Shown here: positions 35,874-45,897 of the stretch, in pieces
Layout: the number at the start of each line of letters is the position of its first letter
Numbering within the stretch: the stretch's first letter is position 1
Assembly: GCF_028368995.1 (NCBI RefSeq)
Contig: NZ_JAQNDL010000003.1
Span: forward strand, 576,001 to 640,000
Source: Nannocystis bainbridge
GTDB lineage: Bacteria; Myxococcota_A; Polyangia; Nannocystales; Nannocystaceae
Length of the DNA stretch: 64,000 bases
Direction of reading: 5' to 3'
Position numbers and translations under genes: made by a program
The notes under the pieces: generated by a model
What the model was told of the DNA's origin: nothing
What the model saw: the letters and a program-made list of their open reading frames with translations, nothing else
The model's database searches: none

Positions 35874-36575
35874 CTACCCCGGCGCGCACAGGTGCGCGCT
35901 CAGGACCGCCACTGGCTGGTCCCACAGCCGCTCGTAGGCCACGCTGAGCAGCTCGCGCGAGCGGCGGCCGCGGCGGTAGGCCGCGCGCAGGCGGCCGAGG
36001 TAGGCCCCGAAGCCGCGGACCCCGTCACGGCGGACCCGCAGCGCCGTCGAGAACACCAGCACCAGCGCGGCCGAGGGCACCCCGAGGTTGCCGAACACGA
36101 ACGCCTGCAGCTCCATCTCGCCGAGCTCGTCGGTGGAATAGCCGGTGATCACGTGGAACAGGTCGTGCGTCTCGCGGTAGCGCTTGCCGAGGTAGTCGAC
36201 GTCGTTTTCGACCGGGAACGAAGTCACGAACGGCTGGATGCCGTTGGCGCGGAAGTAGCGGACGAACTCGTGGCCGAGCGTGCCCTCGGGCAGGCGCGCT
36301 AGCGCGTCGAGGTCGAGCTCGCGCCCCTGCAGCGTCGGCCGATCGGCCAGCAGGCGCCGGCCCGGCTCGCTGTCGCGCCAGGCCCGGGCCAGCCCGCGGT
36401 ACACGTCGCTGTCCATGCACACGTTGAGCAGCGGCCCGTAGATCGGGTGGCCGGCGTCGTTCTTGAGCACGTTGAGCGCCCGCACCCCGAGCCGCAGCCG
36501 CGTCGCCAGCGACGCCCCCTCCGGCAGGCTCGGGATCGCGGTCGGCTCCTGCGGGCCTGGGGACGGCTGCTGCAT
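35874..36575 (-). CDS. Coq4-family protein
   Basis: LPEGTLG, RETHDLFHVITGY...GEMELQAF (HDxxH-x11-E). Confidence 0.88.
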   Translation of the reverse strand: MQQPSPGPQEPTAIPSLPEGASLATRLRLGVRALNVLKNDAGHPIYGPLLNVCMDSDVYRGLARAWRDSEPGRRLLADRPTLQGRELDLDALARLPEGTLGHEFVRYFRANGIQPFVTSFPVENDVDYLGKRYRETHDLFHVITGYSTDELGEMELQAFVFGNLGVPSAALVLVFSTALRVRRDGVRGFGAYLGRLRAAYRRGRRSRELLSVAYERLWDQPVAVLSAHLCAPG

Positions 36576-36592
36576 GTTCTTCGGCGTAGCAC

Positions 36593-36614
36593 AAGTGGAC
36601 AGTGGTGTCCATTT
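36593..36614. promoter_or_regulatory. probable TetR operator between divergent Coq4-family and TetR genes
   Basis: Inverted repeat AAGTGGACA-GTGG-TGTCCATTT. Confidence 0.6.
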
Positions 36615-36637
36615 ACGGATCGGCATACAGTCCCGCC

Positions 36638-37213
36638 GTGGCCGCCGACGCCCACGACTCGCCCCCCCGCCGCCGCGACGCCCAGGACAACCGCGAGCGC
36701 CTGGTCGCCGCCGCCCGCGAGGTGTTCGCCGAGAGCGGCTTCGAGGTCCCGCTCGACGCCATCGCCCGCCGCGCCGGCGTCGGCCGGGCCACGCTCTACC
36801 GCAACTTCCCCGACCGCTACGCCCTCGGCTCGGCGATCTTCGAGCACAACCTCGCCGCCCTCGAGGCGCTCGCCCGCGCCCACGCCCGCGACCCCGCGGC
36901 CTTCACCGCCCTGCTGTCCGCGATCATCGAGCAGCAGATCGCCAGCCACGCGCTCGTCCCCGCGCTGCTGAGCGGCCCGACCGCCCCCGACCTGCACGCG
37001 CTGCGCAGCCGCATGATCCGCCTGCTCGCCGGCCCCCTGCGGCGGGCCCAGGCCGCCGGCGCGATCCGCCCCGACCTGGTCTCCGCCGACGTCCTGGCCG
37101 TGATCGCCATGATCTCGGCCGCGGTCCTCCACGCCCCCTCGGTCGCCGCCCGCCGCCGCCGCGCCGCCCGGGCCCTCCAGCTCATGCTCGACGGCCTGGT
37201 CCCGCGCACCTGA
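36638..37213 (+). CDS. TetR/AcrR-family regulator
   Basis: RRDAQDNRERLVAAA...IARRAGVGRATLYRNFP. Confidence 0.92.
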   Translation: MAADAHDSPPRRRDAQDNRERLVAAAREVFAESGFEVPLDAIARRAGVGRATLYRNFPDRYALGSAIFEHNLAALEALARAHARDPAAFTALLSAIIEQQIASHALVPALLSGPTAPDLHALRSRMIRLLAGPLRRAQAAGAIRPDLVSADVLAVIAMISAAVLHAPSVAARRRRAARALQLMLDGLVPRT

Positions 37214-37236
37214 ATGCGCGGGCCGTGGGTCCCGAT

Positions 37237-37366
37237 CGACATGTCTGCCAGGACATGTCCCCGTGGACAGTCATCCACACGCGCTCGCTCCGAAGAACGG
37301 GCCCGACCGCCTTGACGCATCGCCTGGCGTAACATGCATGTCCTTTAAGACATGTCCTCATGACAT
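37237..37366. repeat. two short 14-bp-phased motif arrays between convergent TetR genes
   Basis: TGTC at 37242 and 37256 (perfect site 37256..37269); TGTC at 37339 and 37353. Confidence 0.8.
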
Positions 37367-37463
37367 CGCTCCGAGTCAAATTCGAGCAGGTCTCACTTGA
37401 ATCGAGCCCGCCTTCGCCTCGTTGCCCTCGGCTCGCATCGAGTCTCACGAAGACAAACAGCTG

Positions 37464-38273
37464 TCAGCGCGCCCGCCGGGGCGGCGCCGCCAGCCAGCGC
37501 GCCAGCTCCTCCGCCGCCGCCGCGAACTCGAACGCCTTGGCGTTGACCCCGAGCTGGGTCATCGCCCCCATCACGAACGACGTCACCACTCGCGCCCCCG
37601 CGGCGGGATCGAGGTCGGCGCGCAGCTCCCCGCGGGCCACCCCTTCGCGCAGCAGCTCCTCGACCATCCCGGCCCAGAACTCGTGGAGCGCGCGAAAGGC
37701 CGCCCGCGCCGACCGATCGCGCTGGCCTCGCAGCACCAGTTCCTGGAGCACTCGTCCGAGCTCGCGGTCCTCGCGGAACGACGCGCCCGCGCTCGCCAGG
37801 TGGGCCGCCAACCCCTCGCCGCCGCCGTGGCGGGCGCTCGCCGTCACGAACTTGTCGCGTACGTGGGCGATCACCGCCACTACCAGCGCCTCTTTGCTGC
37901 CGAAGTGGTAGTGCAGCGTCGAGATGTTGACCCCCGCGCGAGCCGCCACCTCGCGCGTGCGCAGGCCCTCGAGCCCGCGCTCGGCGATCGTCGCATAGGC
38001 GGCCTCGAGCAGCGCCGCTCGCCGCTCGTCCGCCCCCGGCCGCGCCCGCTCCGGCTTCGCCTTCCGCGCGCTCGCGCGAACCCCCGCGGCCTCCACCTCG
38101 ACCGCCGAACGGCGCGGCGACTTCTCAGCCCGCCGCGGCGCTGGCCCCGTCCCGGCCCGCCGCGAAGCCCTCCCCGAGGTCCCCGCCGCCGGATCGTCCG
38201 CCCCCGGCTCACGCCGCTTCGTCCCGCGCCTCGCCGTCGGCTCCCGCGCCTCCTCCTGGCCCTTCTTCGCCAT
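37464..38273 (-). CDS. TetR/AcrR-family regulator with long basic N-terminal extension
   Basis: VAARAGVNISTLHYHFGSKEAL; GELRADLDP. Confidence 0.88.
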   Translation of the reverse strand: MAKKGQEEAREPTARRGTKRREPGADDPAAGTSGRASRRAGTGPAPRRAEKSPRRSAVEVEAAGVRASARKAKPERARPGADERRAALLEAAYATIAERGLEGLRTREVAARAGVNISTLHYHFGSKEALVVAVIAHVRDKFVTASARHGGGEGLAAHLASAGASFREDRELGRVLQELVLRGQRDRSARAAFRALHEFWAGMVEELLREGVARGELRADLDPAAGARVVTSFVMGAMTQLGVNAKAFEFAAAAEELARWLAAPPRRAR

Positions 38274-38358
38274 CTCGCCGGGCGACGGTAGGCGCGGGCG
38301 CGCCCCCGGTCAAGCGCCTTGACCCGCCCGTCCGCCCGGCGTAGACGTCCAACCACAT

Positions 38359-38380
38359 GATTCAATCATTTGATTGAATC
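38359..38380. promoter_or_regulatory. probable TetR operator upstream of the VOC gene
   Basis: Perfect 10-bp inverted repeat GATTCAATCA-TT-TGATTGAATC, AT-rich, just before the GGAGG RBS. Confidence 0.8.
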
Positions 38381-38393
38381 CATCGGAGGACCC

Positions 38394-38972
38394 ATGTTGA
38401 AAGCCCTGCGCAACCGAACGATCGCCGCCGCCTTCGCCGCCTGGACCACCGCCGTGCGCGCCCGCCGGGTGCTCACGAGCCTCTTGCGCCCGCGCCTGCG
38501 CCTGCTCGATCACGTCACGATCCCCGTCGACGACCTCGCCGTCGCCCGCCGCTTCTACTGCGACGTGCTCGGCGGCGCCTTCCTGCTCGAGATCGATGCC
38601 GCCGCGCTGGCCCGGTTCGGCCGCCCGCCCGCGCCCGACGGCGGTGACGGCACCTTCCACGTCTCGGTCTACCTCGGCGGCGCCACCCGCATCGACCTGT
38701 TCCTCCAGCGCGACGGCCAGCCCGCCCCGCTGCGCGGCCACCCGCACTACGCCTTCCGCGTGACCCCGCGCGACCTGCTGCGCTTTCAGGACCGCCTCCG
38801 CGCCCACGGCGTCCCGACCGAGGGCCCGCTGCAGCTCGGCTTCCCCGGCCAGGCCTCGCTCTACTTCAACGACCCCGCCGGCAACCTGCTCGAGCTGACC
38901 TGCACCGGCTTCCCGCGGGCGATCCCCGTGCGTCCGCCCGACCTCACCGGCCTCGCCTGGACCCCCGCGTGA
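38394..38972 (+). CDS. VOC (glyoxalase/bleomycin resistance) family protein
   Basis: LDHVTIPVDDL..ARRFY, HPHYAF, YFNDPAGNLLEL. Confidence 0.9.
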   Translation: MLKALRNRTIAAAFAAWTTAVRARRVLTSLLRPRLRLLDHVTIPVDDLAVARRFYCDVLGGAFLLEIDAAALARFGRPPAPDGGDGTFHVSVYLGGATRIDLFLQRDGQPAPLRGHPHYAFRVTPRDLLRFQDRLRAHGVPTEGPLQLGFPGQASLYFNDPAGNLLELTCTGFPRAIPVRPPDLTGLAWTPA

Positions 38973-38998
38973 GCCGCCGCAGAGTCATCTATCCCTCG

Positions 38999-39052
38999 GT
39001 ACATGTCCTCTCGAACATGCCCATCGAGACATGCTCTTCAGAGCATGTCCCG
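38999..39052. repeat. 14-bp-phased palindrome array (4 units) between convergent genes
   Basis: TGY at 39004, 39018, 39032, 39046, each preceded by CA. Confidence 0.88.
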
Positions 39053-39055
39053 AAC

Positions 39056-40906
39056 TTATTTCTTGAGCCCGCGGTACTTGAAGCCGATCGTCAGCTCCTC
39101 GTCGAGCGCCAGCAACTTCTCGAAGTGGACCTCGCGGCCCTGCAGCGGCAGGCTGACCGGCACCGGCATCGCCCCGTCGCCGAGCGACCCGCCCGGGGCC
39201 GCCTGCTCCCGCGCGTTCTCCATCACCTGCGGCGTCGCCGTCTGCACGTAGTTCATGTCCTCGGCCGGGATCGGGTTCGAGAGGTAGCGGACCTTGCGGA
39301 GGTTGCCGTCGATCGACAGGCGCTTGATCTTGGCGTCGTCGGGCGCGTACACGGTCCAGGCCACGTACGTGCTCGGCGCGTCGGCCCGCGGCAGCGTCGC
39401 CGCGAATTGCCCGCGGCCGTTGCCAGCCGGCGGCGCCCCGTTCTCGACGTACACGATCTCGACCTCGAACGCCGCCAGCTCGCCGCCCGCCGCCTGCGAG
39501 CGAACCAGCGGGATCATCACCCGCTTGTCGGCCGCCAGGGCCGGCTGGACCGCGCGCCCGCCGACCGACGCGCTCCACAGCTCGCCGCCCTTCGGCAGGG
39601 CCAGGCGCAGGAATTGGCGCCGGTTGTTGCGGATCCGGTACTTCACCGAAGTAAGGCGCCGACCCTCGCGGGTCCACATCGTGCGCGCGCGCGTCTCGTC
39701 GAGCAGCGTCACCAGCACGTCGGCGTCGACGTGCTGCCACGCGCTCAGCGGGATGCTGACATCGGTGCCGAGGTACTTGTAGCCGAGCAGCACCGGCTGC
39801 CCGGTGATGCCGAGGATCGCCGCCGGCAGCGCGCGCACGTCGACCGGCGTCGCGCCCTTGACGTCGCCGGCGTCGACCTCGAGGTTGCCGCGCGACTCGA
39901 CCCCGACGAACCCGCGCGTGCGCTCGACCCCGACCGGCACCGGCACCGGCGCGGCGATGTCCTTGATGTCGCCGCGCACCACCTTCTCCATCTCGATGCG
40001 CAGCGCGTAGGCCCCCTTGGCCGCGTAGTTGAGCTGGACCGCGAGGTTGCCCTCGCCGTCGACCTTCCACTCGCGCACGCCGGCGCCGACCACGTCGAGC
40101 ACCGTCATGTCCTTGGGCACCTTGAGCGCCAGCTTGTCGACGCCGGTGAAAAGGATCGTGTACTGCGCGGTGGTGGTCGCGCGCATGAGCCCCTCGCCGA
40201 GGCTGACCAGCGTGTAGACCTCGCTCAGCACCCGGCTGGCCTGCTGCGCCGCCTTCGGCAACTCGCGCTGCCACTTGACCTCGAGCGCCCCCGTCGACGG
40301 CAGCACCGCCTCGACCACCCGCTTGTCGCCGACCACCTTGTCCGACTGCAGCTTGGCGCCCGCGACCGTGAAGTCGAGGTCCTCGCGGGCCGGCACCGAC
40401 AGCACCGCCGAAGTCGCGCCGGCCGGCGACAGCTGGAACGACACCGCCGACGAGCCCTCCGCCGTGGTCACCGCCGCCGCGAACGTCACGTCGAGGTTGA
40501 GCGCCCCGCGCTGCTGCGTCACGAGCACGTAGTGCCCGTCCTCGATGACCACCGCCGCCTCGGCGTTGCCGATCTTCGCCGACTCGAGCGCCACCGTCGC
40601 CGGCAAGAACGGCACCTTGACGAAGCCCTTGGCCCGCAGCACCTCGACCCTGAACCTGGCCTTGAAGACAGCCGCGTACGGCTCGCCGTCCTTGACCTGG
40701 ACCTCGCCCTCGTAGCGGGCCGACGACAGCGCGTAGTCGAGCGGCGCCGTCGTCTCCTCCGCCCGGGTCTTCTCGTACAGCTTGAGGAACTCGTCGAGCT
40801 TCATCACCACCCGCTCTGGGTCGTCGGGCGCGGCCGCGGCGGTGACGGGCGACAGGGACAACAAGGTGACGAGGGCGATCGCTGGGCTGCGCATGACTGG
40901 GTTCAT
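39056..40906 (-). CDS. secreted beta-rich hypothetical protein (paralog of the upstream gene)
   Basis: Signal peptide, strongly coding codon usage, ATGA overlap with the upstream gene. Confidence 0.85.
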   Translation of the reverse strand: MNPVMRSPAIALVTLLSLSPVTAAAAPDDPERVVMKLDEFLKLYEKTRAEETTAPLDYALSSARYEGEVQVKDGEPYAAVFKARFRVEVLRAKGFVKVPFLPATVALESAKIGNAEAAVVIEDGHYVLVTQQRGALNLDVTFAAAVTTAEGSSAVSFQLSPAGATSAVLSVPAREDLDFTVAGAKLQSDKVVGDKRVVEAVLPSTGALEVKWQRELPKAAQQASRVLSEVYTLVSLGEGLMRATTTAQYTILFTGVDKLALKVPKDMTVLDVVGAGVREWKVDGEGNLAVQLNYAAKGAYALRIEMEKVVRGDIKDIAAPVPVPVGVERTRGFVGVESRGNLEVDAGDVKGATPVDVRALPAAILGITGQPVLLGYKYLGTDVSIPLSAWQHVDADVLVTLLDETRARTMWTREGRRLTSVKYRIRNNRRQFLRLALPKGGELWSASVGGRAVQPALAADKRVMIPLVRSQAAGGELAAFEVEIVYVENGAPPAGNGRGQFAATLPRADAPSTYVAWTVYAPDDAKIKRLSIDGNLRKVRYLSNPIPAEDMNYVQTATPQVMENAREQAAPGGSLGDGAMPVPVSLPLQGREVHFEKLLALDEELTIGFKYRGLKK

Positions 40907-43620
40907 TCCTTGGCGATGAGCGGCTCCTTCGCCGAGATCTCGACCGCGTACGCGGCCCCGGCGGGGAGCAGGAGTCTTTGATAACGGACGGCCTCGCCGA
41001 CCGCGGGCACGACCACCGACAGCGCCGAGGCGTGGACCGTCGGCGTCGGCATGCCGGCCAGGTTGGGGCTGTCCTTCGCGCCAGGTGGCTCACGCCGCTC
41101 GCGCTCGGCCTTGAACTTGGTGTCGAGCGAATCGCGGCTCCGCACGGACCCACGACGGCTGCGCAGACCGGCCCGCCGCTGGACCACCACGACCTCGGCG
41201 GCGGTGCGTACGACGGGCATCGCAGAATCCACTGCGACCCCCGGCGCGGCCTTCAGCGGCACCACATCGACCACGGCCGTGAAGTCGCGCGCCCTCGGGG
41301 CGACCGGCGCGGGCGTGGTCGCCGACGGCGGCTCGACGCCGCCTGCGAGCTCGCCGCCCGCGACCTCCGCTTCATCGGTCGGCGCCGGCTCGGCGTTCAC
41401 CGCGACCTCGGGCGGCTTCTCGACCGCGTCGGCCGGCACCTTCGCCGCGTCCCGCACCGCGACCTCGCGCGGCGCCTCGACCTCGTCCGCGGCGGCCTTC
41501 GCATCACCGCCGTCGGGCCGCACCAGCGCCCCCGCGACGTCGTCGCTCTCGAAGTCGTAGACCGAGCTGCCCGCCGACTTCGCCATCTTCCCGGGCTTCT
41601 TGGCCCGCCGGCCGGCCCGCACCGCCGACGATTTGCTCTGGACCTGCTGGTACTCCTTCGCCAGCGCCGCATTGGTCCATTTCTGATCGACCGACTCGCT
41701 CTGCTCGAGCTGCGCCAGCTTGTCGCCGACCGCCAGCGCCTGCTGATAGCTCGACGCCGACGCCGCGTAGTCACCCCGCGCGCGCTCCTCCTCGGCCTGC
41801 TGCTTCAGCGCGACCTGGGCCTGCACGTCCGCGTACGCGCGCGCCTTGGCCTGCTCGCGCACGCGACGCTGAAGCGACATGTCCTGAGAGACAGATGATT
41901 TCCCCGCCACGACATCGAGGTTGCTCTGCAGGCGGGCGATGTTCTCGTTCTTGGCCCCCATCCCGCGCAGCGCGTCGAGCTTGTCCTGGGCCGCCCCGAA
42001 GTCGTTGCGCATCCACGCCTGGACCGCGTCCTGGAACACCATGTCGGCCTGGGCCGCCCCGACCTCGCCGACCCCGAGCCCGTAGGTGATGCCCTCGCCG
42101 CGGGTGAACGCCGCCACCACGTCGCCGTCGCCCGCGTGCTTGCGCGAGCGGTACCCGGGCGGCAGGTGCAGCGTCAGCCGCGACACCGCGACCGGGGCGT
42201 CGAGCGTCGGCAGCTGCAGCGCCCTCGTCTCGCGCCGGCGCCACGCGCCCGACTCCCCGAGCAAGATCACCTCGACCGGGAACGACAGCAGCCCCGTCAC
42301 CGTCTCGACCGAGCGCAGCAGCGGCACGATCCAGCTGCCGTCCCTGGCCCGGGCCGGCGCCGCCGTCTGCCCGCCGACGCGCACCCCGATCACCTTGAAG
42401 CCCGCTGGCGGCGTCACCCGCAGGTGCGCCGCGCGCTCGTTGCGGACCTCGTAGTGGGCCCGCACCAGCGCCCGCCCCTCGCGGCTGGTGGCGATCGTGT
42501 ACGCCGCGACGTCGACGACCACCGGCGGCCCCTCGAGCGGCACGAACCGCAGCAGGCTCAGGCTGCCCGCCGCCGCGCTGCCCTGCTGCACCAGCGCGGT
42601 CGTGGCTGTCCCTTCGACCAGGCCCTGCGCCCACGCCGGCAGCGTCGACGCGGCCACGTAGCTCCAGCCCGGCGCCTCGGGCACCGCCTCGACCTCGCCG
42701 TCGCGCGCCAGCTGCAGCGCGACCTCGCTGTGGAACACCCCGACCGGCGCGACCCTCGGCAGGTTCACCCGCGACTCGGCGGCCTTGCCGATCGGCGCCG
42801 ACCAGCGCAGCTCGAGCTCGACGCGGTCGCGCACCGGCGCCTGCAGCTCGACGCGCACGCGGTCGCCCTCGCGCACGAACCCGCGGACGTTGACGCCGAC
42901 CACCTCGAGATCGCCGCCGAGCCCCGCCGTCTCGAGCTCGAGCTTCGCCACCTCGCCCCGCCGCACCTCCCACACCGCGCGGGCCCGGCCGCGCAGCTCG
43001 GCGTCGCCGACCGTCACGCCGATCCCCACCTTCGCCACCACCATCGGCGGGCGATCGGCCGCCGGCGCCGGCGGGGTCACGAACGCCAGCGCGATCGCTC
43101 GCGCCCCGCTCCACTGCTTCTCGCCCACCGTCAGCGCCGCCGCCCCGTCGACCCGCAGCCCCGGCGTCAGCCCGGCCGGCGCGCTCGCCACGATCGTCCC
43201 GCGCACCGCCGGCAGCAGCTCGAGCGCCACCGCCTCGCGCGTCGGATCGCCGGGCACGAACGCCTCGACCACCAGCTCCACGCTGCCCGCGACCCGCCCG
43301 GCCACGATCGTCGCGCCCTCGGCGTCGACCTTGAGCGTCGCCGGGGCCGCGCCCCAGCGCGCCGACACCACCCGCAAGCCCGGCGAGCCGGCGAACAACA
43401 GGCCGCTGAACCAACCTGCCCCGAAGGACCGGATCGTCCAGCGCCCGCGCAGCTGCAGCCCGCCGTCGACTGGCCGAAAGGACAGCTCGCGCCGTTCGAC
43501 CCAGGGCGTCGGCGCAGCGACCTCGAGCGGCGGCCCTGTCAGTGCACGATGGCGCTCGCCGGCGATCTCCGCCGTCCCCGAGGTCGGGGCCACCAGGGCG
43601 AGCACGAGCGCGAGCAACAC
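40903..43620 (-). CDS. secreted beta-rich hypothetical protein with TPR-like insertion
   Basis: Signal peptide MLLALVLALVAP; shares sequence blocks with 39056..40906. Confidence 0.85.
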   Translation of the reverse strand: MLLALVLALVAPTSGTAEIAGERHRALTGPPLEVAAPTPWVERRELSFRPVDGGLQLRGRWTIRSFGAGWFSGLLFAGSPGLRVVSARWGAAPATLKVDAEGATIVAGRVAGSVELVVEAFVPGDPTREAVALELLPAVRGTIVASAPAGLTPGLRVDGAAALTVGEKQWSGARAIALAFVTPPAPAADRPPMVVAKVGIGVTVGDAELRGRARAVWEVRRGEVAKLELETAGLGGDLEVVGVNVRGFVREGDRVRVELQAPVRDRVELELRWSAPIGKAAESRVNLPRVAPVGVFHSEVALQLARDGEVEAVPEAPGWSYVAASTLPAWAQGLVEGTATTALVQQGSAAAGSLSLLRFVPLEGPPVVVDVAAYTIATSREGRALVRAHYEVRNERAAHLRVTPPAGFKVIGVRVGGQTAAPARARDGSWIVPLLRSVETVTGLLSFPVEVILLGESGAWRRRETRALQLPTLDAPVAVSRLTLHLPPGYRSRKHAGDGDVVAAFTRGEGITYGLGVGEVGAAQADMVFQDAVQAWMRNDFGAAQDKLDALRGMGAKNENIARLQSNLDVVAGKSSVSQDMSLQRRVREQAKARAYADVQAQVALKQQAEEERARGDYAASASSYQQALAVGDKLAQLEQSESVDQKWTNAALAKEYQQVQSKSSAVRAGRRAKKPGKMAKSAGSSVYDFESDDVAGALVRPDGGDAKAAADEVEAPREVAVRDAAKVPADAVEKPPEVAVNAEPAPTDEAEVAGGELAGGVEPPSATTPAPVAPRARDFTAVVDVVPLKAAPGVAVDSAMPVVRTAAEVVVVQRRAGLRSRRGSVRSRDSLDTKFKAERERREPPGAKDSPNLAGMPTPTVHASALSVVVPAVGEAVRYQRLLLPAGAAYAVEISAKEPLIAKE

Positions 43621-43685
43621 GACGCGGCGACGCTACCCGCGTGCCCGCACCCCGGCAACCGGCTGAACATCGGACGTCGCGGCGA

Positions 43686-45443
43686 CTAGCCCGGGGCGAA
43701 CATGTCCCAAAAATCACACTGCTGCGCGCGCACGCCATTGAATAGACCCGGCGGCTCGTCGAGCAGCGCGCCGTTGTCGTCCGCCGCCACGTACGGCGGC
43801 CAGGTCAGGTCCGCGCCGCCCGGATCGCCGGTGGCCGCGAAGCGGGCCCACGCCGCCTGCAGTCGCTGCGAGATCGCCAGGTCGTCCGCGTTCGGCTCGT
43901 ACATCGCCGGCTCCGGGAGCACCGCCCCCCAGGCGGCGAACACGTAGATCAGCTCGAGCCCGTGGAACGCCGCCTTGGTGGCGTTCGGCAGCGCGTCGTA
44001 GCCGTCGTAGGCGAAGTGGTAGCGGAACACCGGCGCGTCCTGGCCGGCGTCGGCCGCCCGCGCGGCCCGGCGCGCCCCGCAGATGAACTTGAGGTCCGAC
44101 GTGAGCGCGACGTAGGCCGCCTGCCCGTCGTCGCCGTAGTCGCCCGCCGGGTACTGCGCCAGCACCATCGCCGCCAGCGGCCCGAACGTCGCGTGCACCA
44201 GCCCCTCGTACTGCGCCACCGTCAGCGGCGGCACCCCCTTGGCCGTCTCGTCGGCGTTGGCCCCGAACACCAGCGGCACCGCGTTATGTGTCCCTTCGGA
44301 CATGGCCTCGAGGGCAGGTTTCGGGATCACCACCCCGTCCACGTGCGGCCCCCAGCCCTGCCCGAGCGCCGCCACGTCGGGGTAGCCGTCGGGCTGCAGC
44401 GACAGGATATCGGCGATCGCCAGGCCGCGCAGGCACGCCGCTGCATCGGGCACCTCCGCGCAGCCCGAGGCCGCGAGCCACGGCCCGGCGATGTCGGCCG
44501 CGTACTTCGCCGGCGCCCGCTCGTTGCACGAGCCGCTCTGCACGATCGCCCGCTGGAACAGCCCCGCCGCCCGCGGCGAGCCGATCAGGCTGCACGTGTT
44601 CACCGCCCCCGCCGACTCGCCGAACAGCAGCACCCGCTGCGGATCGCCGCCGAACCCGGCGATGTTGTCCTGCACCCACCGCAGCGCCAGCACCTGGTCG
44701 AGCAGCCCGTAGTTGCCCGACACCTGCTCCCGCGACTCGGCCGCCAGCGCGTCGGCGGCCAAGAAGCCGAGCGCGCCGAGCCGGTAGTTGAGCGTCACCA
44801 CCACCACGTCCTGCGCGGTCGCCAGCGCCGCCCCGTCGTACAGCGGATCGTCGCTGCCGCCGGTCGCGTTGCCGCCGCCGTGGATGAACACCAGCACCGG
44901 CCGCTGCCCATCGCCGGGCGCCGGCGTCCACACGTTGAGCGTCAGACAATCCTCGTCGCCGAGCATCGCCACGACTTGCCCCTGCCCATCCTTCTCGATC
45001 TGCGGGCAGCGCGGCCCGAGCTCGCTCGCCGGCGTCGGCCCGGCCACGCACATGCGCGGCTCCGGCGGGCGAAACCGCAGCGCGCCGACCGGCGGCTCGG
45101 CGTAGCGGACCCCGCGAAACGCCACGACCTCGGCCAGCTGCTCACCCGCGAGCGCCCCGCCCGTGGTCTTCACGATCGTCGGCCCCGGCGCGACGTCGGC
45201 CCCGCACCCGCTCGGCCCGACGCCCGTCGTGTCGGTCGACGCCTCGCCCGTCAGCGCGGTCGTCGTGCCCGCCGCGGTCGAATCACCGGAAGTCGTCGGT
45301 ACGCCCGGATCGTCGGAGCCCCCGGGCGCGCTCGCCGTCGTCGACGCGATCGCCAGCGAATCATCGGTCCCGCTGCTCGAGGCCGCCGTGCTGCACCCGA
45401 GCACCGAGGCCACCACCGCCGCCCACCCCTCGCGCCTCACCAT
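43686..45443 (-). CDS. carboxylesterase type B lipoprotein
   Basis: Lipobox VLGC; EDCLTLNVW, HGGG, NYRLG, FGESAG, AFHGLEL. Confidence 0.93.
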   Translation of the reverse strand: MVRREGWAAVVASVLGCSTAASSSGTDDSLAIASTTASAPGGSDDPGVPTTSGDSTAAGTTTALTGEASTDTTGVGPSGCGADVAPGPTIVKTTGGALAGEQLAEVVAFRGVRYAEPPVGALRFRPPEPRMCVAGPTPASELGPRCPQIEKDGQGQVVAMLGDEDCLTLNVWTPAPGDGQRPVLVFIHGGGNATGGSDDPLYDGAALATAQDVVVVTLNYRLGALGFLAADALAAESREQVSGNYGLLDQVLALRWVQDNIAGFGGDPQRVLLFGESAGAVNTCSLIGSPRAAGLFQRAIVQSGSCNERAPAKYAADIAGPWLAASGCAEVPDAAACLRGLAIADILSLQPDGYPDVAALGQGWGPHVDGVVIPKPALEAMSEGTHNAVPLVFGANADETAKGVPPLTVAQYEGLVHATFGPLAAMVLAQYPAGDYGDDGQAAYVALTSDLKFICGARRAARAADAGQDAPVFRYHFAYDGYDALPNATKAAFHGLELIYVFAAWGAVLPEPAMYEPNADDLAISQRLQAAWARFAATGDPGGADLTWPPYVAADDNGALLDEPPGLFNGVRAQQCDFWDMFAPG

Positions 45444-45519
45444 GGCCCCCAGGATGTCCGGACCCACGCGCGCACACAAGCGCCACGGACTCACCGGGTG
45501 CACGCGCGCCGAGGCCCGC

Positions 45520-45837
45520 TCACATCAACGAGCCGGCGCGCGCCGTGCAAGACCACGTGCCGAAGAACGTGTACTCGCGCTTGCACTCCGCCAGGAACGG
45601 CCCGCCCTTGGTCTGGAACTGGTACGTGCGGCCGGTGACGCCCGTCGAGTGGCCGTTCGGCTCGGCGTCGCCCTTCAGCTCGCACGCCTCCGGCGTCTGG
45701 CCGATCGCCTTGCACACCGCGTTGCGCGCGTCCCCCTGCGTCTCGCGGAAGTTCTGCGCGTTCACGTAGCCCTGATAGCCGATGAACAGCGACGCCGCGA
45801 AGATGAAGTACCAAAGGAATTGGCGCATGACGGGCAT
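45520..45837 (-). CDS. small membrane-anchored protein with 4 Cys
   Basis: N-terminal TM helix; coding-like codon usage. Confidence 0.7.
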   Translation of the reverse strand: MPVMRQFLWYFIFAASLFIGYQGYVNAQNFRETQGDARNAVCKAIGQTPEACELKGDAEPNGHSTGVTGRTYQFQTKGGPFLAECKREYTFFGTWSCTARAGSLM

Positions 45838-45897
45838 GCTCGCACATCGCCCGCGCCCGCGACAGCCCCCTGAACCGCGCTCGCCGCGGCGGCGGAC

